DNA of 64,000 bases. It comes from an uncultured delta proteobacterium. GTDB taxonomy: Bacteria; Desulfobacterota; SM23-61. Positions 40,286-50,718 of this stretch are shown piece after piece. Both the position numbers and the translations under genes were made by a program. Where the stretch lies: positions 2,451 to 66,450 of the forward strand of contig CAVQIK010000017.1 of the NCBI GenBank assembly GCA_963712535.1. Reading direction: 5' to 3'. The notes under the pieces are model-generated. The model searched no databases, had not been told where the DNA came from, and was given only the letters and a program-made list of their open reading frames with translations. Numbering within the stretch: position 1 is the first letter of the stretch; every line of letters begins with the position of its first letter.

Positions 40286-41301
40286 CCCGATCGCGAACCC
40301 CTCGGTTCCCCCTCCATTGCTCAGGGTCGAGCAGCTCTCGAAATACTTCGTCCTCTCGGTGCCCTGGCTCAGCCGGATCTTCGGCCGCCAGTCCCTCCCC
40401 ATCCTCAAGGCGGTGGACGGGGTCAGCTTCGAAATCCAGCGGGGCCAGACGTTTGCCCTGGTAGGAGAGTCGGGTTGCGGGAAATCGACCGTGGCCCGGG
40501 TGATCGTGGGCCTTTATCAGCCCACAGGCGGGGATATTTGTTTCCGGGGAAAGAGTCTGAAGGATCCTGCGGTAAAGTCTTCACCGGAGTCTCGCACCCG
40601 GATGCAGATGATCTTTCAGGATCCCTATGCCAGCCTGGATCCCCGCTGGCGGGTGCGCGACATTATCGCCGAGCCGATCCGGACCTTTCATCTGGTGAGG
40701 AATCGGTCCGAGGCGGGGGAACGGGTCTCCGAGCTGCTCGTGCAGGTGGGTCTCTCCCCCAGCGACGGGGAAAAATACCCCCATGAGTTCAGCGGGGGGC
40801 AGCGCCAGCGGATTTCCATCGCCCGGGCCCTTTCCAGCAATCCCGACTTCCTGGTCTGCGACGAGCCCACTTCAGCCCTGGATGTCTCCGTCCAGGCTCA
40901 GATCCTGAACCTGATGAAGGAGCTGCAGCGCCGTCTCGGGCTCACCTATTTATTCATCAGCCATAACCTGGCGGTGGTGAACCATATCTCGGACCACGTG
41001 GGGGTCATGTACCTGGGCCGCCTTTGCGAGGTGGCTCCCAAGAAGACCCTTTTCAACCGGCCGCAGCATCCCTACACGCGGCTGCTCCTCGACACCATCC
41101 CCGATCTCGACCTCTCCGGGCGCAGGCGCCAGCCCGTAACCGGGGAAGTGCCAAATCCCATCCACCCTCCTTCGGGATGCGCCTTTCCATCCCCGCTGTT
41201 ATGCGGCGGTCGAGCGATGCCAGGCGGAAAAACCCCTGCCCAGGTCAGTGAAAGAAAGCATCGTGGCCTGCCACGCCGTCGAAGAAGGCCGCCTGCAGTA
41301 A
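40278..41301 (+). CDS. ABC peptide ATPase (DppF-like), frameshift ~41187
   Basis: GESGCGKST, FSGGQRQR; the shifted frame continues HPRCYAAVERC...VACHAVEEGRLQ*. Confidence 0.9.
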
Positions 41302-41668
41302 TTTTCATCACCGAAATTATTCAAGGGCATATCATCAGGGCGGTGAGGCTGCCGATCTTTGGAGATGATCACGCCGTAACGATTACTCGGGGTCCTTGGG
41401 GAAAGTCGTAAAAAGAAGCGAACACCTTCTTCTGAATGGGTTCTTAACCAATCATGCCTTATGCCAACCTCATCCCGCACAGGGTTTCCCAGCGATAATA
41501 CATTTTGCTAAATTTTGCTAAAATGCCCTTGACACACGATTGCCTTTTCCATATATATAGGCCATGCAAGGCGAAATTTTAATCTTTAATTTCCTGAACC
41601 GTCTACAAGCGGCACAGAATGCCGGAAGCAACGAGATTGTTCGATAAATCATCCAGGAGGAGGGCACA

Positions 41669-42274
41669 ATGAAACGCATGTCTGGTATCACCATCGGATT
41701 GTTGTTATTCGCATTCGCCGTAGCTGGCTGCGTTCAGCAGGTGTCCCGCTCGGGTTGGGTCACGCTGATTGACGGCGAAACGGGCCTGGACAACTGGAAC
41801 CGTGTCGGGGGAGCCAACTGGCGAGCGCAGAGTGGGGCCATCGTGGCCGACAAGAGTACCACCGAAGGCAGCAGCTTCCTGGTCACAAAGAACTCCTACA
41901 AGGATTTCGAGATCCGGGCCGAGTTCTGGGCCGAATCCAATACCAACAGCGGCATCTTCATCCGATGCAGCGACCCCAGCAAGATTACCGGCGACAATGC
42001 CTACGAGGTAAACATCTGGGATACGCGCCCCGATCCCAGCTATGGCACCGGCGCCATCGTCAATGTCGCCAGGGTGCCAGTACCCATCATCTATAAAGCC
42101 GGCGGGAAGTGGAACACGTTCCAGATCACGGCCAAGGGACCGGAATTGACGGTCCTGTTCAACGGGGTCCTGACCGTCAACGTCCAGGATAGCAAGTTCG
42201 CCGAAGGGCCGTTTGCGCTTCAGTTCGCCGGGGGCCCCATCAAGTGGCGCAAGGTGCAGGTCAGGCCGCTGTGA
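41669..42274 (+). CDS. DUF1080 (3-keto-disaccharide hydrolase-like) lipoprotein
   Basis: VAGC lipobox; YKDFEIRAEF, NSGIFIR, YEVNI, GKWNT, IKWRKV. Confidence 0.87.
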   Translation: MKRMSGITIGLLLFAFAVAGCVQQVSRSGWVTLIDGETGLDNWNRVGGANWRAQSGAIVADKSTTEGSSFLVTKNSYKDFEIRAEFWAESNTNSGIFIRCSDPSKITGDNAYEVNIWDTRPDPSYGTGAIVNVARVPVPIIYKAGGKWNTFQITAKGPELTVLFNGVLTVNVQDSKFAEGPFALQFAGGPIKWRKVQVRPL

Positions 42275-42398
42275 GTAGCTTCGTGATTCAATGCATCTTG
42301 GCTAAGATTGATTCGTGATCCGAGAGGTATCCGGTATGGGTATGAGTCGTCGCTGTTTTCCGGTCCATATAGAACGCTGGTGTCCTTGGCTCTCAAGG

Positions 42399-42848
42399 TT
42401 AATAGCACGGAACAACTTCCCAATATCCGTCTGGCACCTGAACGTTATATAAATTCCCGGTATTGGGGTCCTGCCTCGTTTCCGTGTGATAGCTGCCGGT
42501 GGGCACCCACCTTTGGCACACGCCGTAATAGGGGTAAGTGTAGTAGGAGCCGTCCGACCAGTACCCTCCGTACAATCCAACCCCGAACCCGAAGAACGGA
42601 CCATAACCGAAATGTCCCCCGTGGTGAGAAGGATAGCCGTGGAATCCTCCGTAGGATCCTCCGTGGAATCCTCCCGGGTGTCCTCCAAAGCCCCCACCCT
42701 GAAACCCCCCGCCGTGAGACCCGCCGCCATGAAACCCGCCCCCATGAAATCCCCCGCCGAATCCGCCGTGAGCGTCCAGGATTAGGGGCGCGAGGATGAA
42801 AAAGACACTCACGAAACAAGCGACTAAAACGACTATTAATTTTTTCAT
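42399..42848 (-). CDS. Exported Gly/His-rich hypothetical protein
   Basis: Signal peptide, GGGFH repeats, Tyr-rich tail with 2 Cys. Confidence 0.7.
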   Translation of the reverse strand: MKKLIVVLVACFVSVFFILAPLILDAHGGFGGGFHGGGFHGGGSHGGGFQGGGFGGHPGGFHGGSYGGFHGYPSHHGGHFGYGPFFGFGVGLYGGYWSDGSYYTYPYYGVCQRWVPTGSYHTETRQDPNTGNLYNVQVPDGYWEVVPCY

Positions 42849-43131
42849 TCTTCATCCCCCCTAGGATGAATGAAGCACAACCCGGTTATTAGATTAATAT
42901 TTTCGAAGGAAAAGTCAATACCCGCAACCGGGGAGTTTGGTCATTCTGTTTAACGCATCCATACTGCCGAACGACAACCCTTTTATGCATGGGGAAGGAG
43001 CGAACTGGGAAGACCTACTTCTCGACTGTAAAATTGGAAATTGTGACCTTCCCATCCGTCGTGGGAATCTTCCTTTTCAGCGCTGATTTCCGTCCCGCAT
43101 TGCTCGTAAACCCCGCATCGTATCCACCGGG

Positions 43132-43926
43132 TTATCGAAACCGGGAAAAATCCGGCGGCCGTTTTTCATTGAAGGCGTTCAAGCCTTCTTTAGCCTCGTC
43201 GGTTTTTACAAAGAGCTCCAGGTTGATATGGGACAGCGCCCCGATTCCGGCAATCGATTCGCTGTCGGCGTTGAACGAGGTTTTCAAAGCCCGGAGCGCC
43301 GTCGGGCTCTTGTCCAGCATATCATCGGCCCAGCGGCGCACTTCCGCTTTCAATTCGGACAAAGGCACCACTTGATTCACCAGGCCCCAGTCTTTCATCG
43401 TCGCGGCGTCATACTGGCGGCAGCAGTACCAGAACTCCCGGGCCCGTTTGTCGCCGATGATTCGCGCCAGGAACGCGGTGCCAAACCCTGCGTCAAACGA
43501 GCCGACCCGGGGACCGGTCTGGCCGAAACGGGCATGGTCGGCGGCGATGGTGATGTCGCAGAGGACATGAAACACATGCCCCCCGCCGATGGCAAATCCG
43601 TTCACCGCCGCGATGACCGGCTTGGGCACCTCCCGGATGAGACGGTGAAAATATACGATTTCCGGCACTCCCGTCTCCATGGGCCCGTAATCCCCGGTTT
43701 CTTTGCGCTGCTTTTGATCCCCTCCCGTGCAAAATGCCTTGTCGCCCGCCCCGGTCAAGGCGATCACACCCACCCCGGGATCAGCCCAGGCAGCCTTGAA
43801 ACAGCAGATCAGTTCGTCAATCGTCCGGTTGGTAAAGGAGTTGTAACGGTGCGGCCGGTTGATCGTGATCCAGGCCAGGCCGCGGTCGACTTCATACAGC
43901 ACATCGGTGAGTTCGCTCAGTTTCAT
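43132..43926 (-). CDS. Crotonase-family C-C hydrolase (BadI / MenB-like)
   Basis: AFCTGGDQK, GFAIGGG, FGQTGPRVGSFDAGFG. Confidence 0.85.
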   Translation of the reverse strand: MKLSELTDVLYEVDRGLAWITINRPHRYNSFTNRTIDELICCFKAAWADPGVGVIALTGAGDKAFCTGGDQKQRKETGDYGPMETGVPEIVYFHRLIREVPKPVIAAVNGFAIGGGHVFHVLCDITIAADHARFGQTGPRVGSFDAGFGTAFLARIIGDKRAREFWYCCRQYDAATMKDWGLVNQVVPLSELKAEVRRWADDMLDKSPTALRALKTSFNADSESIAGIGALSHINLELFVKTDEAKEGLNAFNEKRPPDFSRFR

Positions 43927-44020
43927 TCTTTCTCTCCTTCGCTGTTTCTTGCGTTAAGTTTTGAGATTTGAGGCTTGGGCCATAACCCCTCTGCGTGCTT
44001 TCGATCCCTCCGTTTCATTT

Positions 44021-45333
44021 TCACTTCTCCGGCGCGAGCGCCACTCTTTCGACTTTAGCCAGATCCCGTTGGTAAAAGCGGGAGCCGATATAGAAGAGAA
44101 GGAATGAGATCAGGGCCATGGAGCAGGCCATCTTCAAAGCCGGAGCGATCCCATAACGGTCGGAGAGTGCGCCGGTCACGAGCGGCCCGAGAGAGCTGCC
44201 GAGAAGGTTTTGGACGACCACGCACAAGGCGTAGGAAATCGCCCTCAATCCCGGGTGAACGACATCCTGGGTGACCGCGATGGCCGAGGAAGCCCAGGCG
44301 ATGGAGGCGATCCCGCCGAGGAGGAAGATTCCGTACTGGACCGCTCCGCCGGAGAAAAAGTGAATCGCGCTGAAATACAGCGCCACCGTGAGCACCGCGG
44401 AGATGGAAGGGACCAGCAAACGGGCCTGGATTCTCTTTTTCATCCAGGAATCCGCAATCCAACCACCCAGAGGAGAACCGACAATGGCGGTAAGCATGAT
44501 TCCGCTGGTCAAAAACGTGGCTTTCTGCAATCCCACCGACTGGACCCTTTGAAAATAGGTGGGCAAAAAAGAGGACATGGATATGGAGACGAACATCATC
44601 CCGGCGAACCCGAAGTACGTGAAGAGAAGGGAAGGGGTCCGGGAAAAAGTCCGGACGATATCCATCCGGGACATCTTTTTCTTCACCCCCTCGGCTGTTT
44701 GCTTCAACCCTTCCGGGCCGATCGTTTGTTCCAGGCCGACGGTCCGGTAATCCTTTATGAAGAAGAACAGAAGGGCGACGAACAGGCCCGGGAGGGCCAC
44801 CACACCGAAAGCGCGGCGCCAACCCCAGTGGGTGGCGATAATCCCCCCGAGGACGATTCCCGCGGCCATGCCGATGGGAATGGACATGTTCCAGATCCCC
44901 ACCATGAATGCCCGCCTCTTCTCCGGGTACAAGGCAGAGATCATGGCCGTTCCACCGGGCGCATAGCCGGCTTCCCCCAACCCAATCGCCGTCCGCGCGC
45001 CGAACAGCTGGCCAAGTTTTTGGTCAGGGCGCAAGCTGCCGTCGCCAGACTCCACAGCACGGCCATGATGCCGATGCTCTTCTTCCGGCTCCAGCGGTCG
45101 ATTACAATGGATATGGGAAAAGAGAAGACGATGATCGCCCAGTACACGGCGGATACGAGGGCGCCGCACTGGGTGTCGGTCAGTCCCCAATCGGCCTTCA
45201 GAAAAGGGAAGAGGGAGACGACCACCATTCGATCGACATAATCAAAGAAATAAAGGAGCCAGAGCAGGAGGAAGATATAGGAGGTGTAAGCTTTCGAGAA
45301 AAGGTAACCTTCGGGAGGCGGCGCTTTCGTCAC
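44021..45333 (-). CDS. Spinster-like MFS transporter (frameshift ~45010)
   Basis: YFFDYVDR...LTDTQCG..DRWSRK..LWSLAT then ARTAIGLGEAGY..WGWR; GTG start after GGAGGA. Confidence 0.82.
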
Positions 45334-45398
45334 GGCGGGTCCTCCGGCACACAAGAATTTAAATTTTTATCACCCCCGCCCTCACTCTCCCCCGTCGA

Positions 45399-45900
45399 GG
45401 GCATAAGCGCTAACTTAGGATTTTTTTCTTCAATTCCCCCCTTTGCAAAGGGGGGCCAGGGGGGATTTCTGCTGATAGGTTCTCTTTAAGGGTACGGTAG
45501 ATAACCTCCGCCACCGCCTCCCTTTCCTTCAGAACTTCTCTGCTGGTAAATCGCAAGACTTTGAACCCAAGAGAGGCCAAATAGTCATCGCGATTTTTAT
45601 CTTTCTTGGCTTGTTTTTCTTCCACGTGCTGTGATCCATCAACTTCTATGACCCACTTTGCCCGTGGCGCGAAGAAATCCACGATATATTCGCCAATGGG
45701 TTTCTGACGATAAAATTGGACACCAAGGACCTGTTTACTCCGCAATCCTGACCAAAGAGCTCTTTCGCTCTCTGTCAAATTACTTCGCAATTGGCGGGAT
45801 CTGGCTTTGAGATTTGCCCAGTACTTCAACACGGCTCGGCTCCCACTGAAAATCCCCCCTCCCCCTTTTTCAAAGGGGGGTTAAGTTAGCGCCTATGCCC
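45399..45900. mobile_element. 502-bp non-autonomous element carrying DUF559
   Basis: 19-bp TIR GGGCATAAGCGCTAACTTA / TAAGTTAGCGCCTATGCCC (18/19); 5-bp TSD GTCGA at 45394-98 and 45901-05. Confidence 0.85.
45410..45832 (-). CDS. DUF559 (Vsr-like PD-(D/E)xK) endonuclease domain protein
   Basis: LRSNLTESERALW..LR..Q..G.QFYRQKPIGEYIVDF..VIEVDGSQH..D..RD..L..GFKVLRF. Confidence 0.9.
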   Translation of the reverse strand: MLKYWANLKARSRQLRSNLTESERALWSGLRSKQVLGVQFYRQKPIGEYIVDFFAPRAKWVIEVDGSQHVEEKQAKKDKNRDDYLASLGFKVLRFTSREVLKEREAVAEVIYRTLKENLSAEIPPGPPLQRGELKKKILS

Positions 45901-45977
45901 GTCGAGGGGGAGAGTAAGTTTGGGTCTCGGGATGTGGACTAAATTTCCCATTGACTGTACCCTTTCTGCTCTTCCCT

Positions 45978-47693
45978 CTATACTCCTTTCAAAAACCTGG
46001 AAATGTCTGCTCCCCCGATCATGGCCAGCCCGATGCTCCCGGGGCTGATCGGTTTGGGGTCGGTGAGGACATTCAGGCACACCGGAACATTCGCGGCAAA
46101 GGCTTCTTCCAGGGCCGGCCGGAGGTCGTCGGGGTTCTCCACCAGAATACCCTTTCCGCCCAGGGCCTCCACGGCCTTATGGTAATTGACCATCCCGATC
46201 TCCGCTCCTTCCCGGATATATCGGCCCAGCTTCACTTCCTGCGAGTGGCGGATCATTCCCCAATGCTGGTCGTTGCATATGACGGTGACGGTCGGCAGAT
46301 GCTTCCGGATAGCGGTCTCGAATTCCATGAAGTTGAACCCGATGGACCCGTCCCCCGTCACCAAGCAGACTCTCTTCTCCGGGTAGAGGAGCTTGGCGGC
46401 GTTGGCATAGGGAAGGCCGCAGCCCAGGCAGCCGAACAGATCGGCGTCCAGGTAGTGCCCCGAGCGCCGAGCCGTCCGGGTCATGGACATCCAGACCCGC
46501 GTGTCCCCTCCGTCGCTGATCACGAGGTCCTCTTCCCGGTCCAGAAATTTGTCGATCTCCGAGCAGATGCGCATGTGGTGGGCCGGGACGGCCTTGCTCT
46601 CCCAGGCCAGGGCCCCGAATTTCTTCTTTTCCCTCTCTTTGGTTTTGAGAAAATCGACCCAGGACGCAAACCGTCGCCGCAGCCCGGCGCCCTTGCCCCG
46701 CTCGGAGACCATCCGGTTCAGGGCCCCGAGAAACGCCCGGATGTCGCTGTGGATTCCGAGGTGAATGGCGCGATTTCTCCCGATCTCCTCCGGCTGGATG
46801 TCCACCTGGACCAGCCTGGCCTTGGAATTAAGCATCTCCCCGTAGGCATAATACAGGCTCAGGCGATTGCCCAAAAGCACGATGAGGTCGCCGCCGGTCA
46901 GAGCATCGGCGCCGGCGCCGGGGCGGATGGATGATGAGGCCTGAAAACACAAAGGGTGGGTGTCGGGAATCAGCCCGCGACCCATGCTGGCGGTAAATCC
47001 AGGGGCGCCCGACATTTCGATGAACTCGAGGAATTCTTTCTCCGCCCCCGAATAATACGCGCCGCTCCCGGCGATGAAGACCGGCCTCTCCGCCCTCTCG
47101 AGCAGGTCGAGCAGCTCGCCGGCCTTTTCCAGGTCCACCGCCCGCGAGGTGAAAACCGTGTTGGGTCTTTTAACCGTGTTCTCCTCGACCTGGGCGCTCC
47201 AGATGTCCACGGGCAGCTCCAGGTACACGGGCCCGGGCCGGCCGCTCGCCGCCGTCCGGTAAGCCAGGTCGATGTATTCGGGGATTCTCTCGGTCCTGTT
47301 GCAGCAGAGGGCGGTCTTGACCAGCGGCTCGACAACCGGAAGCTGGCGCATGTCCTGCAGGTCCAGTTTTTCCCGGGCCCTGAGCCCGACGGCGCCCGCG
47401 ATGAGGAGCAGGGGGGAGTTGGCCATCTGGGCGTTGGCGACCGCGCTGATCGAGTTGCTGAAGCCGGGGCCGGCCGTCACCAGGGCCACGCCGGGTCTCC
47501 GGGTTAATTTCCCCCAGGCCTCGGCCATGAACACGGATGCCTGTTCATGGCGGGTGGTAAAGATCTCGAGGAGGGACCCTTCGGCGGATTCATAGAGAGG
47601 ATTGATGTGTCCTCCGGAAAGGCTGAATACCTTCGTAACACCCTTCTCGATCAAGGCGTCAACCGCGAGCTGACCGCCGGAAATCATGGGCAT
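45978..47693 (-). CDS. TPP-dependent enzyme, 2-hydroxyacyl-CoA lyase/IlvB-like
   Basis: FSLSGGHI, RHEQ, TAGPG, GPVYLELP, GDGSIGF..ND motif. Confidence 0.88.
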   Translation of the reverse strand: MPMISGGQLAVDALIEKGVTKVFSLSGGHINPLYESAEGSLLEIFTTRHEQASVFMAEAWGKLTRRPGVALVTAGPGFSNSISAVANAQMANSPLLLIAGAVGLRAREKLDLQDMRQLPVVEPLVKTALCCNRTERIPEYIDLAYRTAASGRPGPVYLELPVDIWSAQVEENTVKRPNTVFTSRAVDLEKAGELLDLLERAERPVFIAGSGAYYSGAEKEFLEFIEMSGAPGFTASMGRGLIPDTHPLCFQASSSIRPGAGADALTGGDLIVLLGNRLSLYYAYGEMLNSKARLVQVDIQPEEIGRNRAIHLGIHSDIRAFLGALNRMVSERGKGAGLRRRFASWVDFLKTKEREKKKFGALAWESKAVPAHHMRICSEIDKFLDREEDLVISDGGDTRVWMSMTRTARRSGHYLDADLFGCLGCGLPYANAAKLLYPEKRVCLVTGDGSIGFNFMEFETAIRKHLPTVTVICNDQHWGMIRHSQEVKLGRYIREGAEIGMVNYHKAVEALGGKGILVENPDDLRPALEEAFAANVPVCLNVLTDPKPISPGSIGLAMIGGADISRFLKGV

Positions 47694-47720
47694 TCATTCT
47701 CCTTCTATCCTTCAATTTTA

Positions 47721-48026
47721 GGATCATCGCCAATTTGCGTGAAGAAAAATAGGGTGGCAAAGGTAACTTGTGCTGCTTCCAGGGGCCCGGAAGGAAAGGC
47801 AGATTCCGCCACAATCCTGAGGCACGTATTCCTTCTTGGTTCTGGCGGGGATGTTCTTCTATCCTCCGAATCAACCCTTTCCTGTCCCCGCAGCGCCTTT
47901 CGGAAAGTTCGCCAGCCCTTTGACCGAAGCTTTATCCCGCCAAGGCTTGCGGCGGAATCTGCCTTTCCTTCCGGACCCTTGTGAGGCTTTAAGCAAATAT
48001 TCGATCACGTAAATCGGAGATGATCC
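47721..48026 (+). mobile_element. MITE family A, copy 3
   Basis: TIRs; perfect 8-bp TSD CAATTTTA; internal 32-bp stem with 2 mismatches. Confidence 0.88.
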
Positions 48027-48073
48027 CAATTTTATTAAAGGCAGTTAAACACCGGTAAGCCCGGCAATCCGGA

Positions 48074-49099
48074 TCAGAACTCTTCTCCGATCCGCAGCAT
48101 CGCCTTCACGGCCTTCCCGGCATGTATCCGCTGCTCATAGACTCGGGGTAAGGAGTCCAGGGGAATCAGGTCGGTAATCAAGGGCCGGGCGTCGATCTTG
48201 CCTTCAGACATCAAATCAAGGATACGAACATTTTCCGAGTGCGTGTTCGAATAAGAACCGGCAACCCGGATTTCTTTGAAATTCAGGGCCGTAGGCTGGG
48301 GGATCGCCACACTCTTGAAGATGATGCTGATGATACAGAGGCAGCCCCTTTTCGCCGCAAGCTCAATACCCAGGGGGACGTTTTCGGGCAGCCCGGAGCA
48401 CTCCAGGATGGTATCGAAGCCGATTCCCCGAGTCCATTGCTGGGTGCTCTCTCTCAGGTTTTCGTGGAGAGGATCGATGGTGAAATCAGCGCCGAAAAGC
48501 CGGGCTATATCCCGCTTCTCCTTCAAGGGCTCGGAAAGCGCTATTGGGCCGAAACCCTGGAGCTTCAGGAGTTTGACGGCGGCCAGGCCGATCGGCCCCC
48601 CGCCGACCACGAGGACGGAACCGCCTTCCGCCCCTGCGTAGCGGATCCCGTGGAGGGCGGAGGCAAATGTCTCCGCGAGGGCCGCGTTCCGGGAATCCAC
48701 CCCCTTGGGCACGGGGATCACCATTTGAGGATAGACTTTCACGTATTCGGCAAACCCCCCCGGAAGATCCCCGATTCCGATCGTCCGCCGGCCTTCTTTG
48801 CACAGGTGAGGCCGGCCCAGGAGGCACTCCCGGCACCCTCCGCAGAAGGTCGGGCGGATCACGACCCGCAGCCCACTTTCCATTTCGTTGACCCGCTTAC
48901 CCCAGGCAGCGACCGTTCCGCTGACCTCGTGGCCCAGGATGATTCCGTCGGGGAGCAACCCGCTTTCCAGCAGGGAATGATCCGACCCGCAGAACCCGGT
49001 GTCGGAGACCTTAACCAACACCCCGTCTGACCCGGGATCCGGAATCGGGAGGTCTTCTAAAACCAGTCCTTTCGATCGGCGGAACACGGCGGCTTTCAT
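48074..49099 (-). CDS. Zn-dependent medium-chain alcohol dehydrogenase
   Basis: GFCGSD, GHE, CGGCRECLLGRPHLC, GGGPIG. Confidence 0.92.
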   Translation of the reverse strand: MKAAVFRRSKGLVLEDLPIPDPGSDGVLVKVSDTGFCGSDHSLLESGLLPDGIILGHEVSGTVAAWGKRVNEMESGLRVVIRPTFCGGCRECLLGRPHLCKEGRRTIGIGDLPGGFAEYVKVYPQMVIPVPKGVDSRNAALAETFASALHGIRYAGAEGGSVLVVGGGPIGLAAVKLLKLQGFGPIALSEPLKEKRDIARLFGADFTIDPLHENLRESTQQWTRGIGFDTILECSGLPENVPLGIELAAKRGCLCIISIIFKSVAIPQPTALNFKEIRVAGSYSNTHSENVRILDLMSEGKIDARPLITDLIPLDSLPRVYEQRIHAGKAVKAMLRIGEEF

Positions 49100-49180
49100 G
49101 TATGCGTATTCTTCCGGTGCGAGGGAAAATTCTCTGCGCAAATGAGACTCATAAATTAGAAATTTAAAATCTTAAAAAAA

Positions 49181-50509
49181 TCATTTCAAACTATATAAAT
49201 CATTCAAGTATTCCACTGCGAGGTTTTGAGCCGCTTTCCTGTCGGGCATGGTTCCTATCATGCCATACATTGCGGCTTCCCCCGAAGGCGCTGCCGACCC
49301 GGTCCGTAAAGTCTCGGCGGCAGTTTCCCGGAGATCCTTAAGAAACTGCTTTGCGATTTTCTCGTGGTAAGGGGAGACGGTCAGGTGAAGGCTGGGCGGG
49401 CGATGCTGGGCATGCAGATGCCACCGCCGTTCTTTCAGCTTCACCGCCAGCTCGTAAAGATTGAGGCTGTGTGAACCGATGGCAAAGACGGTCGCCGGGG
49501 GTTCTCCGAGGACAAACAGGCCGGGGATGCTGCCGACCCCTTCCATCATCTCCACCGTGGCCTCCCGGGCCGCCCCAGCGAGCTTCAAAAATCCCTCTTC
49601 CCCCAGGTAACGCAGCATCGCCCACGCGGAGGCAATCGCGCCCCCGGGCCTGGCTCCGGCCAGGGAAGGGGTGGCATAGATTCCGCCGGGCCAGTCCGCG
49701 TAAACGAAGAACTGGTGGCGGCGAAGCTCCCTGTTCCGGTAGAGAACGGTCGAGGCCCCCTTGGAAACGTAACCGTACTTGTGAATATCCACGGAAAGGG
49801 ACTTGACCCCCGGCACGGAAAAGTCGTAAAGCGGAATTGCGTGGCTCAATTTCTTGAGGAAGGGGAGCATGTAACCGCCCAGGCAGGCATCGACGTGGAA
49901 CCAGAGGTTCTTCCCGGCAGCCAGGCCGCCGATTTCGGCGATCGGATCTATGATCCCGTGAGGGTACGTGACCGCGGTAGCCGCCACCATGACGGTGTTC
50001 CCGGTGATGGCCTGCTTCATGGCTTCAACATTCGCCCGAAACGCCCCATCGACGGGGGTTTGTACGATCCTCAGCCCAAGGTAATGCGCGGCCTTATTGA
50101 AAGCCGGATGGGCGGTTACCGGCGCGACCAGCTCCGGACTTTGAACCTCGGGCCGGTGAACCCTGGCCCAGTCTCTTGCCGCCTTTACGGCCATGAGAAT
50201 GCTCTCCGTGCCTCCCGAGGTCATGGACCCGGCGGTCTCCTCGTCTCCGCCGAATAACCCGGCGGCCATGGAGATGAATTCGGTCTCCATCTTTACCAGG
50301 CTCGGAAAATCGAAGGGGCTCAGGGCGTTCTCGAACAGGTAGGCGGAATACGCGTCCCCCGCCATTTCTTCCACTTCCCTCCCGGCGTAGTAGATTAACC
50401 CGAACATGCGCCCGTCATGCCAATCCGAATCGCCCGCCTTGAAAGAACGGAGCAAAGAAAGAACTTTCTCTTTTGGCAATCCCTTTTCGGGTAGTGATAA
50501 CCGTTTCAT
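49181..50509 (-). CDS. Sphingosine-1-phosphate lyase-like PLP enzyme (group II decarboxylase)
   Basis: NALSPFDFPSL, TSGGTESIL, AHPAFNKAA, HVDACLGG, SVDIHKYG, WPGGIYATP..G.RPG. Confidence 0.85.
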   Translation of the reverse strand: MKRLSLPEKGLPKEKVLSLLRSFKAGDSDWHDGRMFGLIYYAGREVEEMAGDAYSAYLFENALSPFDFPSLVKMETEFISMAAGLFGGDEETAGSMTSGGTESILMAVKAARDWARVHRPEVQSPELVAPVTAHPAFNKAAHYLGLRIVQTPVDGAFRANVEAMKQAITGNTVMVAATAVTYPHGIIDPIAEIGGLAAGKNLWFHVDACLGGYMLPFLKKLSHAIPLYDFSVPGVKSLSVDIHKYGYVSKGASTVLYRNRELRRHQFFVYADWPGGIYATPSLAGARPGGAIASAWAMLRYLGEEGFLKLAGAAREATVEMMEGVGSIPGLFVLGEPPATVFAIGSHSLNLYELAVKLKERRWHLHAQHRPPSLHLTVSPYHEKIAKQFLKDLRETAAETLRTGSAAPSGEAAMYGMIGTMPDRKAAQNLAVEYLNDLYSLK

Positions 50510-50575
50510 AAAAATCCTGTATCTTCCGTAAGTCGTTTACCCCCTGACCAGTTTTCCAAGGTTGCCATGAAGCCT

Positions 50576-50659
50576 CAGAAATCCCCCTTAATCCCCCTTT
50601 TTCAAAGGGAGAAACCATAACTCCTCCCTTTGGAAAAGGGAGGTTGGGAGGGATTTCTG
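50576..50659. repeat. Double REP hairpin (REPIN-like)
   Basis: Same architecture as 36900 and 39123. Confidence 0.75.
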
Positions 50660-50687
50660 GATCGCGTTTCAAACATCGAAGTCTTTC

Positions 50688-50718
50688 AATCCGTAATCCG
50701 TAATCCGCAATCCGCAAT
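50688..50718 (+). repeat. Heptamer tandem repeat AATCCG(T/C) x4
   Basis: Read directly from the sequence. Confidence 0.8.

Noticed and set aside
42640-42770. Tandem repeats as a CRISPR or other array
   Set aside because: They encode the GGGFH repeats of a protein; there are no unique spacers or cas genes anywhere in the window.
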